Below are positions 40,068 through 48,727 of a DNA stretch of 64,000 nt, piece after piece. The stretch is from an uncultured Gemmatimonadales bacterium (GTDB lineage: Bacteria > Gemmatimonadota > Gemmatimonadetes > Gemmatimonadales > GWC2-71-9), in contig CAVSQW010000008.1 of assembly GCA_963730185.1 (NCBI GenBank), positions 416,001 to 480,000 of the forward strand, read 5' to 3'. The stretch's first letter is position 1; each line of letters opens with the position of its first letter. A program made the position numbers and the translations under genes. The notes below the pieces were generated by a model, which was not told where the DNA came from, made no database searches, and worked only from the letters and a program-made list of their open reading frames with translations.

Positions 40068-41108
40068 TCAGTCGCGCAGATCGATCTGTTGCGCCAAGGC
40101 GTTGAGGGAATCGGCCGGGAAGCTGCCGGTTACGGCCAGGATCCGGAGACCGCGCCTGGTGCCGCCCTTCCCATCGGAGAGGTAATCGGGAGGCGTGAAG
40201 CTCGCCGCGCTGCTGTTGAGGCGACGACCGGCGCCTTTCGCGACCAGCGCCTCGACCCGCTCGAACGGTCCCTCGATGGTTCGAATCACCCCACCGGCCG
40301 GATGCTGTTGCGAGACGACGACGATCGGTCGCTCGTCATCGGACGCGCGTTGGATCTGGACGTCGAGGACCGTCAATCCGTTGACGTACGGTACGTTCCC
40401 GCCGGTGAGCGCCTGAGCCTCCTGCCAGTCGACCGATTGCCAGAGTCCCTCGAACGGGACCGGGGGCTCGTCGTCGGCGGGGCTCAGGGAGGTCACTTGT
40501 ACCGCGACCGGGGTGGCGGTCACTCGGGGATCGCGGGGCGGGGCGGCCGCGAGTTGGACGCCGGGCGCGGCGTCGGCATGGACCACCGGCGGCTGCTGGG
40601 CGGGTGATGCCTGGCCGCGGAGCGCGTTGCTGTCGCTGGCCACCTGGATCGGGGTGACCGCGGTCAAGGTCCGCTCGGCTGGCTGCGCGGGTTCCGTGAC
40701 CGTCTGGGCCGCCATGTCCGTCTGGTCGGCGGCGGCCGAGGCGCGAAGGGCGCCCCGAGCCAGCCAACCGGCCGCGATGGCGCCGATCAAACTCGCCGCG
40801 ACCAGCGTGCCCTGAAGCAATCGGGTCCGGACCTGGCGCCGGTGGACGGCGATGGCCCGGCCCCGAGCGCGGAGTTGCTCCAGCGGCGGTGGCAGAATGA
40901 CCGACCGCGGCGTCGTCTCGGCGAGCAACGCCGTGACCCGGTCGCGAGCGGCAGCCACCTGATCGCGCTCCACGGCGCATCGGTGGCACTCCGCCAAGTG
41001 ACACTCGATCTCCACGCACTGAGAGCGGCTCAGTGCCTGGTCGAGGTACGCGTGGAGTTCGTCCTCAGGAATGTGCCGAGCGTTGTCGGCCGAAATCCAT
41101 CCGGTCAT
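40068..41108 (-). CDS. Zinc-finger (zf-HC2) membrane anti-sigma factor
   Basis: ATG 41108; HIPEDELHAYLD...HLAECHRC (HxxxCxxC); TM LVAASLIGAIAAGWL; directly downstream of an ECF sigma gene. Confidence 0.8.
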   Translation of the reverse strand: MTGWISADNARHIPEDELHAYLDQALSRSQCVEIECHLAECHRCAVERDQVAAARDRVTALLAETTPRSVILPPPLEQLRARGRAIAVHRRQVRTRLLQGTLVAASLIGAIAAGWLARGALRASAAADQTDMAAQTVTEPAQPAERTLTAVTPIQVASDSNALRGQASPAQQPPVVHADAAPGVQLAAAPPRDPRVTATPVAVQVTSLSPADDEPPVPFEGLWQSVDWQEAQALTGGNVPYVNGLTVLDVQIQRASDDERPIVVVSQQHPAGGVIRTIEGPFERVEALVAKGAGRRLNSSAASFTPPDYLSDGKGGTRRGLRILAVTGSFPADSLNALAQQIDLRD

Positions 41109-41580
41109 AAGCCTCAAGAAGTCGCTTGCGAGCCCGCGCCAAGGTGGTCCCGATCGCTCCAACAGCCAGGCCCGTCTGCTCCGCGATTTCGGGGTAGCTG
41201 AGTCCGGCGTCCCACAACAACAACACTTCCTTATCGCGCGCGGAGAGGGTCTCGAGCGCTTCGTTTACCTGCTCGCGGCGCTCCTGATCCTCCACCGCCT
41301 CGTGCGCCCCGGTATTCGGGGTCGAAAGCGGCACCGGGTCGTTGGCGAGCAGCGTCAGATGCTTCTTGCGCCTGACCGCGGCCCTCGCCTCGTCCCGCGC
41401 CAAATTGGCGGCCACGGCGAACACCCAGGCCCGGGGCTTCTCAGGATTATGAGCCATGGCTCGGATGAAGACCTCCTGCGCGAGGTCTTCGGCCCGATCG
41501 GCGTCCCAGACCTTACGGTACAGGAAGCGCACCACAGCGGAATACGTCGATTTGTAGAGGCGCTCCAGCTCGTCGGTCAT
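41065..41580 (-). CDS. ECF RNA polymerase sigma factor
   Basis: RAEDLAQEVF, WVFAVAANLARD, GLSYPEIAEQTG...TTLARARKRL. Confidence 0.9.
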   Translation of the reverse strand: MTDELERLYKSTYSAVVRFLYRKVWDADRAEDLAQEVFIRAMAHNPEKPRAWVFAVAANLARDEARAAVRRKKHLTLLANDPVPLSTPNTGAHEAVEDQERREQVNEALETLSARDKEVLLLWDAGLSYPEIAEQTGLAVGAIGTTLARARKRLLEAYDRMDFGRQRSAHS

Positions 41581-41726
41581 TCGGTTCCTCCGGCGGTCGG
41601 CGTCTCGCAGACAACTGAGGGGACGCGTCTCGGGCGGCCGCCTTGCACATCAACGACTTACGGTCCTGCTTGAGCCGGATTTTCGGTCCCATCGCCGGCC
41701 GACCCGATCTAGCCGTGATTCTGTAA

Positions 41727-42494
41727 TCACTTGTGTTTCTTACGCTTACGCTGAGGGGCAAAGACACAGCCGGGGTGAAGCGTCCCGTCGCCGTCCGGCC
41801 AGTCGAAACAGAGCCCCGGCTTGGCCGACCGGCCGTCGGCCCGGACCCGGTTGTGAAGGACACACGAGATGCCGTCTCCGCCGAGATAGCTGCATGCGGA
41901 GATCATCTCCACGCCGATCGAGTCCTCCTCCTCGCGCTCGACCTTGCAGAGGTAGGGTGACTGGCGCGACCGGAGCAGTGCCTCCAGCCGATGGTGGGTC
42001 GGCCCGCACATGATCTCCAGCTGGAGGTCGCGGCAGCAGGCGGCCCCACGGCGATGGTTGGCCGTGGTGCAGGGGGCGTCGGCGCACGGGTTTGCCCCGT
42101 CGAACACCGGGAGGCCCCGCTTGGGGGGCGGCTTCGGGGCCAGCGCCCGCTCGACCTCACGGCCGCGCTCGACCACCACGAACGTGCCGGCCTCGTAGCG
42201 GGCGGCGGGCCGGTGCCTTGGCGGGGGCAGGCGGGCCTCGAATCCATGGGCCCGGCAGCGGGACCGGCCGTCGGGCCCGCCCTCGAGGTGCTTGCAGCGA
42301 ACCTGGAGCCGCGCCGTGGTGTAGAGGTGGTCTCCCTCGCGCCACAGCTTCCCGAACGCGATGTGCTCGGTATGCCCGCGGAGCCAGGTGGCTTCGTCGT
42401 CGGCGGAAGCCGGGCCATCGTCGAGCTCGGCCACCCGGAGGGTGACCGCGAGCCGGTGGCACTGGGCCCCCATCCGGGTACAGGGCGGAATCAT
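41727..42494 (-). CDS. Cysteine-rich putative metal-binding protein (YkgJ/CxxCxxCC-like)
   Basis: Cys clusters: CKHL..CRAH, CADAPC..ACCRD, CSYL..CVLH..KPGLCFDWP, HPGC. Confidence 0.55.
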   Translation of the reverse strand: MIPPCTRMGAQCHRLAVTLRVAELDDGPASADDEATWLRGHTEHIAFGKLWREGDHLYTTARLQVRCKHLEGGPDGRSRCRAHGFEARLPPPRHRPAARYEAGTFVVVERGREVERALAPKPPPKRGLPVFDGANPCADAPCTTANHRRGAACCRDLQLEIMCGPTHHRLEALLRSRQSPYLCKVEREEEDSIGVEMISACSYLGGDGISCVLHNRVRADGRSAKPGLCFDWPDGDGTLHPGCVFAPQRKRKKHK

Positions 42495-42539
42495 GGCGGA
42501 AAGCTAGGCACTAGAGGATTGGATGGGAGGGTCCTATAT

Positions 42540-42557
42540 TTGTGAACCTTTTCACAA
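42540..42557. promoter_or_regulatory. Perfect Rex-type operator (also fits CRP TGTGA-N6-TCACA) upstream of the blue-copper gene
   Basis: TTGTGAA-CCTT-TTCACAA in an AT-rich patch between divergent genes. Confidence 0.72.
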
Positions 42558-42651
42558 GAGCTTGCGCGCCCCGGGACCCTGGCGCGCTACGATGGACATA
42601 CCGGGTTCGACTCGATCGATTGGAACCACCTTCTGGGAGGCTGAGGTAGCG

Positions 42652-43125
42652 ATGCGACAGATGCGATTGATGGCGGGGGCGGCGGCCCTGATGCTGGCCG
42701 CGTGCGGTGGTGGGGAGAAGGCTCAGCCGGCGGCCGAGCCGGCGGCCGCCGAGCCTGCGGCGGCGCCGGCGGCGGCTGCGGGTGCGGTTCACGACGTAAA
42801 CCTGGTGCTGGAGGGGACCACCTACAAGTTCGTCCCCAACGATTTCACCATCAAGCCGGGCGACAAGGTGGTCTTCCACAACGTGAGCGGCGGCCCGCAC
42901 AACGTGCAGTTCTGGGCCGACAGCATTCCGGCCGGTTCCGCCGAGGCCCTCGACGCGGCGATGCCGGGCGACAAGCTCGGTCCGCTCAATGGGCCGCTCC
43001 TCACCGAGCCGAACGAGACCTACGCGGTCACCTTCCCGGCCACCCTGCCGAACGGGGAGTACCATTTCACGTGCACGCCCCACATGGCGATGGGGATGCA
43101 CGGGAAGCTGACGATCGCTCCGTGA
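42652..43125 (+). CDS. Plastocyanin-like blue copper lipoprotein
   Basis: Lipobox LAAC; Ala/Pro/Glu linker; KFVPNDFTIKPGDKVVF; GGPHNV and CTPHMAMGM give the type-1 Cu ligands H/C/H/M. Confidence 0.88.
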   Translation: MRQMRLMAGAAALMLAACGGGEKAQPAAEPAAAEPAAAPAAAAGAVHDVNLVLEGTTYKFVPNDFTIKPGDKVVFHNVSGGPHNVQFWADSIPAGSAEALDAAMPGDKLGPLNGPLLTEPNETYAVTFPATLPNGEYHFTCTPHMAMGMHGKLTIAP

Positions 43126-43141
43126 CCTCGGGAGCGTAAGG

Positions 43142-43185
43142 CGAAAGCTCGGGGGCCCCGCTTCGGCGGGGCCCTCGCGCTTTCG
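43142..43185 (+). terminator. Stem-loop (probable terminator) after the blue-copper gene
   Basis: GGGCCCCGC-TTCG-GCGGGGCCC stem with UUCG loop, flanked by complementary CGAAAGC/GCTTTCG; only a short T tract. Confidence 0.6.
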
Positions 43186-43249
43186 GAGGGTCGCGACGGC
43201 CCGGGCCAGCCGGGCATCCTCTCGGTACCCATACCTCACGGGAGCCTTG

Positions 43250-44400
43250 ATGCGCCTCGTCCTGATCGGCCTGATGGCCGCGGCCGCGTTGCCTGGACCG
43301 CTCTGGTCCCAGACCCCGGTCCCCCTCAAACCATCCGCAAAGCTCACCCATGAATTCAGCTCCATCACCGGCCTGCGGGAGCTCGCCGACGGGCGGGTCG
43401 AGGTTTCGGACGGGATCGACGGCGTTCTGATCCGGGCCGACTTCGCGACCCAGACGCTGGATACGATTGGGCGGAGTGGCGAGGGGCCCGGGGAGTACCG
43501 GAGCCCGGACGCGCTGTTCGCCCTTCCCAATGGTGCCACCTTGCTGGTCGACCTGGGGAACGCGCGGCTGTCGATCTTCGATGCCGCCGGGAAGTACCGA
43601 GAGTCGACCCCGATCATGGAGGGCCGTCCCGGTGGACCGGGTGGCCTCACCCTGATCATCCCGTCCGCCACCGATCGGATGGGGCGGATCTACTTCCAGC
43701 CCGGGGTCAGCCGGGCGCCGACTCGGGCGCGGTGCTTCGCTGGAACCGCTCCACCGGGAAAAAGGACACCGTGGCCACGATCCGACTGCCGACGGTGATC
43801 ACCTCGAGCTCCGGCGGGCCCAATGCCCGCTCCGTGAATCAGCGTCCGCCGCCCTATCCGTTGCAGGATGGATGGGCGGTGGCGCCCGACGGGCGGGTGG
43901 CCCTCGTCCGGGCGCCCGCGTACCGGGTTGATTGGGTGGATCCGGCTGGCCGACTGCACCGTGGGCCGCCGCTCACGGCCGAGCCGGTCCGGATCGGGAA
44001 GGCGGAGAAGAAGGAGTACCTCGAGGATCTGGCGGCCAGCGGTGTTCGGGTTCAGGCCGAGGATCGGAATGGCCGGATGTCGATCAGCATGTCGCGGGGT
44101 GGAGGGAATCCTGACGAGGATCCGTTCAGCGCGGACGAGTGGCCCGATAGCAAGCCGCCCTTCGTGTCGGGAGGCATCCGGGTCGGGCCCGACGGCTTGG
44201 TGTGGGTCGAGCGGTCGGTGGCCGCCGGTGCCCCCGACCTCTACGACGTGATCGGCGCGGACGGCGGACTGGTCCGCCGGGTCACGCTGCCGGCCGGCTA
44301 CCGGATCGTGGCCGTCGGCGCCCGAGGAGTGTACGCCCGCCGGATGGACGACAACGGGATCAGCTGGCTGGAGCGGTTCGATCGACCCGGGTCGAAATGA
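43250..44400 (+). CDS. Exported beta-propeller (6-bladed/NHL-like) protein; frameshift near 43710
   Basis: Signal peptide; FSSITGLRELADGR, IGRSGEGPGEYRSP, VDLGNARL; continues in ORF 43732..44400 (WAVAPDGRV, PDSKPPF, GPDGLVWVERS, YDVIGADG). Confidence 0.65.
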
Positions 44401-45208
44401 CCATCGCCACGGCCGCCACGCCGAGGCCGGCGATGGCGTCGACGCCGTAGTGCATCTGGCAATACACCACACCCACGGTCAGCAGCAGGGCGGGGAGCGC
44501 GAGCAGCGCTCCCCAGCCCGGCGCCTCTCGAGCCGTCGCCGCGACGGCGGCCCAGGTGCCAGCCACGTGTGACGACGGAAAGGCCGCGCCGAACGAGCTG
44601 CCCCCCGACAGCACTCCGTACACCAGCCGGGCTGGGAGATTGGCCGTGAACCAGGCCGCCGGCCGGGGGAACACGTAGTACGGCCCCGCGACCGGGAAGA
44701 AGATGAACCAGAGGTAGCAGATCACGAACGCGGTCATGATCGTGAACACGGACCGTCGGGCGGAAGCCTGGTCGTGCCGGAGGAGGAACAGCGCAATCGG
44801 GAAGGGGACGATCACGTAGTAGCCGAAGTAGGCCGCGTGGCCGATCGCCGAGGCCAGCCGGCTCGGGGCGAGCTGCCACCAGCGGTGGCTTACCTGCATC
44901 CCGAAGAGTGCCTGCTCGGCTCCCTGCATGATCGCGTCGTGGGTGGGACGGCTCCCGAATCCGTTGATCACGTCGAGCGCGCCATAGAGGGCCAACAGCA
45001 GCACGATCGGCGCGACGGTCCGGGCGGTCCGGCCGAAGCGGCCGAGGTCGGGCGCTTGGAACGAGAGCAAGAGCACCAGCAGGAGCAGGTGACCCAGCGC
45101 GACCCACCAGATCGCGGGATTCTCCCCGGCCCTGACGATCGACACCGCGATCACCACGCCGGCGTAGCCGGCCAGGAGCCATTCGGTGGGTCGGGGCTTC
45201 AGAGCCAG
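44360..45208 (-). CDS. PAP2-superfamily membrane protein, Aur1/IPC-synthase-like (start approximate)
   Basis: Several TM helices; AYFGYY, FFPVAGP, GAAFPSSHVA (C2 His), VYCQMHYGVDAIAG (C3 His/Asp); no clear C1 K-x6-RP motif. Confidence 0.75.
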   Translation of the reverse strand: MALKPRPTEWLLAGYAGVVIAVSIVRAGENPAIWWVALGHLLLLVLLLSFQAPDLGRFGRTARTVAPIVLLLALYGALDVINGFGSRPTHDAIMQGAEQALFGMQVSHRWWQLAPSRLASAIGHAAYFGYYVIVPFPIALFLLRHDQASARRSVFTIMTAFVICYLWFIFFPVAGPYYVFPRPAAWFTANLPARLVYGVLSGGSSFGAAFPSSHVAGTWAAVAATAREAPGWGALLALPALLLTVGVVYCQMHYGVDAIAGLGVAAVAMVISTRVDRTAPAS

Positions 45209-46164
45209 CCCCGGGCCCGATACCAGGCGAGCGTCTCCTCCGCGCCCCGCGCGAGGTCGTGGGTGGCGACCCAGCCGGTGGCCTCGGTGAGGGGGGCGGG
45301 GTCGCAGGTCCACGCCGGCTGGAAGAACTCGTTCGCCTTGTCGTAGTTGAGGACGGTAGCCCGCCCCAGGAGACGGGCGGTCGTGTCGGTCACCCGCAGG
45401 GCCGCCCGCCCGACGAGCTCGGGCAGGCCGACGACCCGCACCCGGCGGCCGGCCGCCCGACCGACGGTCTCCACCAACGAGCGGCTGGTGACGATCTCGG
45501 GGTGGGCGGGATAGTAGACCCGACCCCGGGTGGCGTCACTCTGGCCTGCGCTGACCAGGGCGGCGGCCAGGTCGGGTCCGTAGACGAGGCTCAGCCGCTG
45601 GGAGCCGTCGCCGAACACGGGGGCGAACCCGAAGGCCGCCGCTTTGAAGACCCGGAGCATCTCCTTGTCGCCCGGCCCGTAGACCACCGGCGGCCGGACG
45701 ATCGTCCAGGCCAGTCCGGACTCGCGCACCACGTCCTCGCCGGCCAGCTTGCTCCGGCCGTATCCGGTGACGGGGTTCGGGGGCTCCGGACCGCGGAGCG
45801 GCGTGTCGCTGGCGGGCCCGCCGGCCGCCAGTGAGGAGACGAACAGCAGCCTCGCGACACCGGCGGCCTCGGCGGCCTGAACCAGGCGCCGGGTGCCCTC
45901 GCGGTTCACTTCGAGGAGCTCGGCCTCGCTCCGCGCCGCGATGAGGCCGGCAACGTGGAAGACCAGGTCCTGCCGCGCGGCGGCCCGGTCGAGGGCCGGC
46001 AGATCGAGCAGATCGCCGACCACCAGCTCCACGCCACGCTCCGCCAGCGAACGGGCTTTCTCGGTGGACCGGACCAGGGCGGTGACGTGGAGGCCCCGGG
46101 CCAGCAGGACATCGATCAGGTGGCCACCGACGAACCCCGTCCCGCCGGTGACGAGCACCCTCAT
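45199..46164 (-). CDS. NAD-dependent epimerase/reductase (SDR), candidate ceramide reductase CerR
   Basis: ATG 46164; VLVTGGTGFVG, VSSLAA, YGRSK (YxxxK), RPPVVYGPGD; translationally coupled in the spt operon. The CerR role is inferred from context. Confidence 0.75.
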   Translation of the reverse strand: MRVLVTGGTGFVGGHLIDVLLARGLHVTALVRSTEKARSLAERGVELVVGDLLDLPALDRAAARQDLVFHVAGLIAARSEAELLEVNREGTRRLVQAAEAAGVARLLFVSSLAAGGPASDTPLRGPEPPNPVTGYGRSKLAGEDVVRESGLAWTIVRPPVVYGPGDKEMLRVFKAAAFGFAPVFGDGSQRLSLVYGPDLAAALVSAGQSDATRGRVYYPAHPEIVTSRSLVETVGRAAGRRVRVVGLPELVGRAALRVTDTTARLLGRATVLNYDKANEFFQPAWTCDPAPLTEATGWVATHDLARGAEETLAWYRARGWL

Positions 46165-47294
46165 GCGGAGCGCTCGTACATCCGGTAGGTCTTGTAGGGG
46201 TGGAAGCCCATCTTGATCAGGCCGGCGTTCATGGCGGAGTTGTCTTCCAGGATCCACCCGGCCTCGCCCCAGGTCATCCCGAGCTTCCCCGCCTTGGTCC
46301 AGATCCAGTGGTAGAGCATCGCGTCGATTCCCTTACCGCGGTGCTCGGGCAGCACGCCCAGCAAGAGGATCCGGGCGCGGGTCATCCGGCGGGTCTTGAG
46401 GGCCCAGAGCAGCTTCAGCGCGGACGGGAACATCCGGCCCTGGCGATTGGTCTTGAGGACCTCGTTGAAGTCGGGCAGGGTGAGCCCGAACCCGACCGGC
46501 TGGCCGTCGATCTCGGCGAAGGGCACCAGCTCGGGGACCACGACCGGGCGGAACTGCTGCGCGAGATGCTCGATCTCGTGATCGGTCATCGGGATCGCAC
46601 CCCAGTTGTTCTCCCAGCAACGGTTATAGAGATCCTTGACCCGCTCCACCTCGGCGGTGAAGTCCCGGAGCCGGATGGCACGGAGGGTCACCCGGTAGCG
46701 GCGCTGGCCGATCTCCACCGCCCGGCTGATGCGCTCGGGCGGGATCACGTAATGGTCGGGAGCACCCCCTTCGTAGGCGATCAGGTCCTTGACGCCCGTG
46801 AGCCCCGCCTGTTCCAGCAGGGGCGGGTAGTAGGCCGGGTTGTGGGGCATCATGATGGTGTTGGGGCGGTCGAAGCCCTGGACCAGGAGGCCGCACTCGT
46901 CGTTCACCGAGAAGGACGCCGGCCCCCGGATCGTGGTGAACCCCCGCTCGCGGCACCAGGCAGCGGCCGTATCGAGCAGGGCCTGGGGCACCTCGGGGTC
47001 GTCGATCGACTCGAGGAAGCCGAAGAACCCGACCCGATCGTCGTGGGTCTCGTTGTGGAGGCGATTGGCGATGGCCGCGATTCGCCCCACCACCCGGCCA
47101 TCCCGCCAGGCGAGGAAGTAGTCTGCTTCGGCGTGCTCGAAGAAGGGGTTCTTGGCTCGGTTCAGGAGGAGCTTCACGTCTCGACGCAACGGCGGGACCC
47201 AATTCGGGTCCCGCGCGTGCAATCGGAACGGCAGATCGATGAAGCGGCCGAGGTCGCCCGAGGTCGGACCGGGCGGAACGGAAACCGAGGTCAG
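46161..47294 (-). CDS. GNAT-fold acyltransferase, candidate bacterial ceramide synthase bCerS (start approximate)
   Basis: RFIDLPFRLHARDPNWVPPL, NPFFEHA, VVGRIAA, GFFGFLESID, GLLVQGFD, MPHNPAYY, LLGVLPEHRGKGID, WILEDN, YKTYRMY; directly downstream of the spt-like gene. Confidence 0.72.
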   Translation of the reverse strand: MTSVSVPPGPTSGDLGRFIDLPFRLHARDPNWVPPLRRDVKLLLNRAKNPFFEHAEADYFLAWRDGRVVGRIAAIANRLHNETHDDRVGFFGFLESIDDPEVPQALLDTAAAWCRERGFTTIRGPASFSVNDECGLLVQGFDRPNTIMMPHNPAYYPPLLEQAGLTGVKDLIAYEGGAPDHYVIPPERISRAVEIGQRRYRVTLRAIRLRDFTAEVERVKDLYNRCWENNWGAIPMTDHEIEHLAQQFRPVVVPELVPFAEIDGQPVGFGLTLPDFNEVLKTNRQGRMFPSALKLLWALKTRRMTRARILLLGVLPEHRGKGIDAMLYHWIWTKAGKLGMTWGEAGWILEDNSAMNAGLIKMGFHPYKTYRMYERSA

Positions 47295-48502
47295 ATGACG
47301 CCCAGCTCGCGGCCGATCCGCCCCACCGTCTCGAGGCAATAGTCGATCTGGTCCGCCGTGTGGGTGGCCATGACGCTGGTTCGAAGCCGGCACTGGGAGG
47401 GCGCCACCGCCGGCGGGACCACCGGGTTGGTGAACACCCCGGCGTCGAAGACCTTCCGCCACATGACCAGCGTCTTGTCGAGCGGACCGATCAGGATCGG
47501 AACGATCGGCGTCTCGGACGGTCCGGTCTCGAAGCCCAGGTTCCGGAATCCTTCGGCCAGCCGGCGGGTATTGACCCAGAGCTGCTTCGCGCCGCTCGGG
47601 CTCGGTCTGGATCACTTCGACCGCCGCGAGCACCCCGGCCGTGTTGGCCGGGTGGCAGGGCGGCGGTAAAGATCAGGGGACGACTGTGGTGGCGGAGGTA
47701 GTTGATCACCTGGCGCGACGCCGCGACGAAGCCGCCGATCGAGGCCAGCGACTTGGAGAACGTGCCGGCGACGATGTCGACCTCGTCGGTCAGTCCGAAG
47801 TGAGCGGCGGTGCCGTCGCCGTTCGGACCGAGGACGCCGATCGAGTGCGCGTCGTCGACCGCGAGGGCGGCGCCGTAGCGGCGGCAGACCTTGAGCAGGC
47901 CGGGCAGGTCGGCGATGTCGCCTTCCATGGAATACACGCCGTCGACGATGACCATCCGGCCGCCCGGCTCGGCGCACTGGGCGAGCTTCCGCTCCAGCCC
48001 GGCGAGGTCACCGTGATTGAACCGGACGGTGTTCCCATAGCTCATCTTGGCGCCGTCGACGATCGAGGCGTGGTCGAGCTTGTCGAGGAACACGACATCG
48101 CCCTTGGACACCAGGCCGGAGATCAGACCCAGATTGGCGTTGTAGCCGGTCGAGAAGACGATGCAGTCCTCCTTGCCGAGGAACGCGGGCGAGCGCCTCT
48201 TCGAGCTGGAGGTGCAGGTCGAGGGTGCCGTTCAGGAACCGGCTCCCAGTGCAGCCCGAGCCGTAGATGTGCAGGGCCCGGGTCGCGGCCTCGAGGACCT
48301 TGGGGTGGTGGGTCAGGCCGAGGTAGTTGTTCGACCCCAGCATGATCCGCTTCTGTCCTTCGATCACCACCACCGTATCTTCGGACTCGGAGATCGGCTT
48401 GAAATAGGGGTAGAGCCCCTGCGCCTTGACCTCGTCGGCCCGGGTGTACCTGCGGCACTTCTCGAACAACGAGATGTCGGTATTGATCGTCGGCGTCGAC
48501 AC
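47291..48502 (-). CDS. spt: PLP-dependent alpha-oxoamine synthase, serine palmitoyltransferase-like; frameshifted
   Basis: [76 protein letters not shown] (PLP Lys); ends GRELGVI-TGA at 47291. Confidence 0.75.
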
Positions 48503-48727
48503 GGAGCCCCAAAGGTGGAAGGGTAGCCAAAATGCTACTCGATCCCATTGCGGAATAACAGGTTAAGCTAACGGCCCCTAGCTCGTGACACAAGTATGTG
48601 ACGTTCCAGAGTGCGGCGCCTTGCACTCCCTCCGGCCGGGCCGCCGGGGTCAGGGGGCGGTCCCGATATTATTGTTATTCCGTCGGATAACGCGCCGGCT
48701 CGAGGCCGGCCCTTACGGTGTGGAGCG

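Noticed and set aside
44360..44400. 41-bp convergent overlap between the propeller and PAP2 genes
   Set aside because: Short 3' overlaps are common in GC-rich genomes; nothing suggests a function.
47291..48200. Frameshifts in the spt-like gene suggesting a dead sphingolipid operon
   Set aside because: Same error pattern as elsewhere (also 7770, 11409-12591, 39760, 43710). Catalytic motifs and the three downstream genes are intact.
47291..48502. Annotation as bioF or kbl
   Set aside because: No biotin or tdh genes are adjacent; the N-terminal YPYF and [12 protein letters not shown] motifs and the GNAT/SDR/PAP2 neighbours favour Spt. Not fully excluded without a tree.
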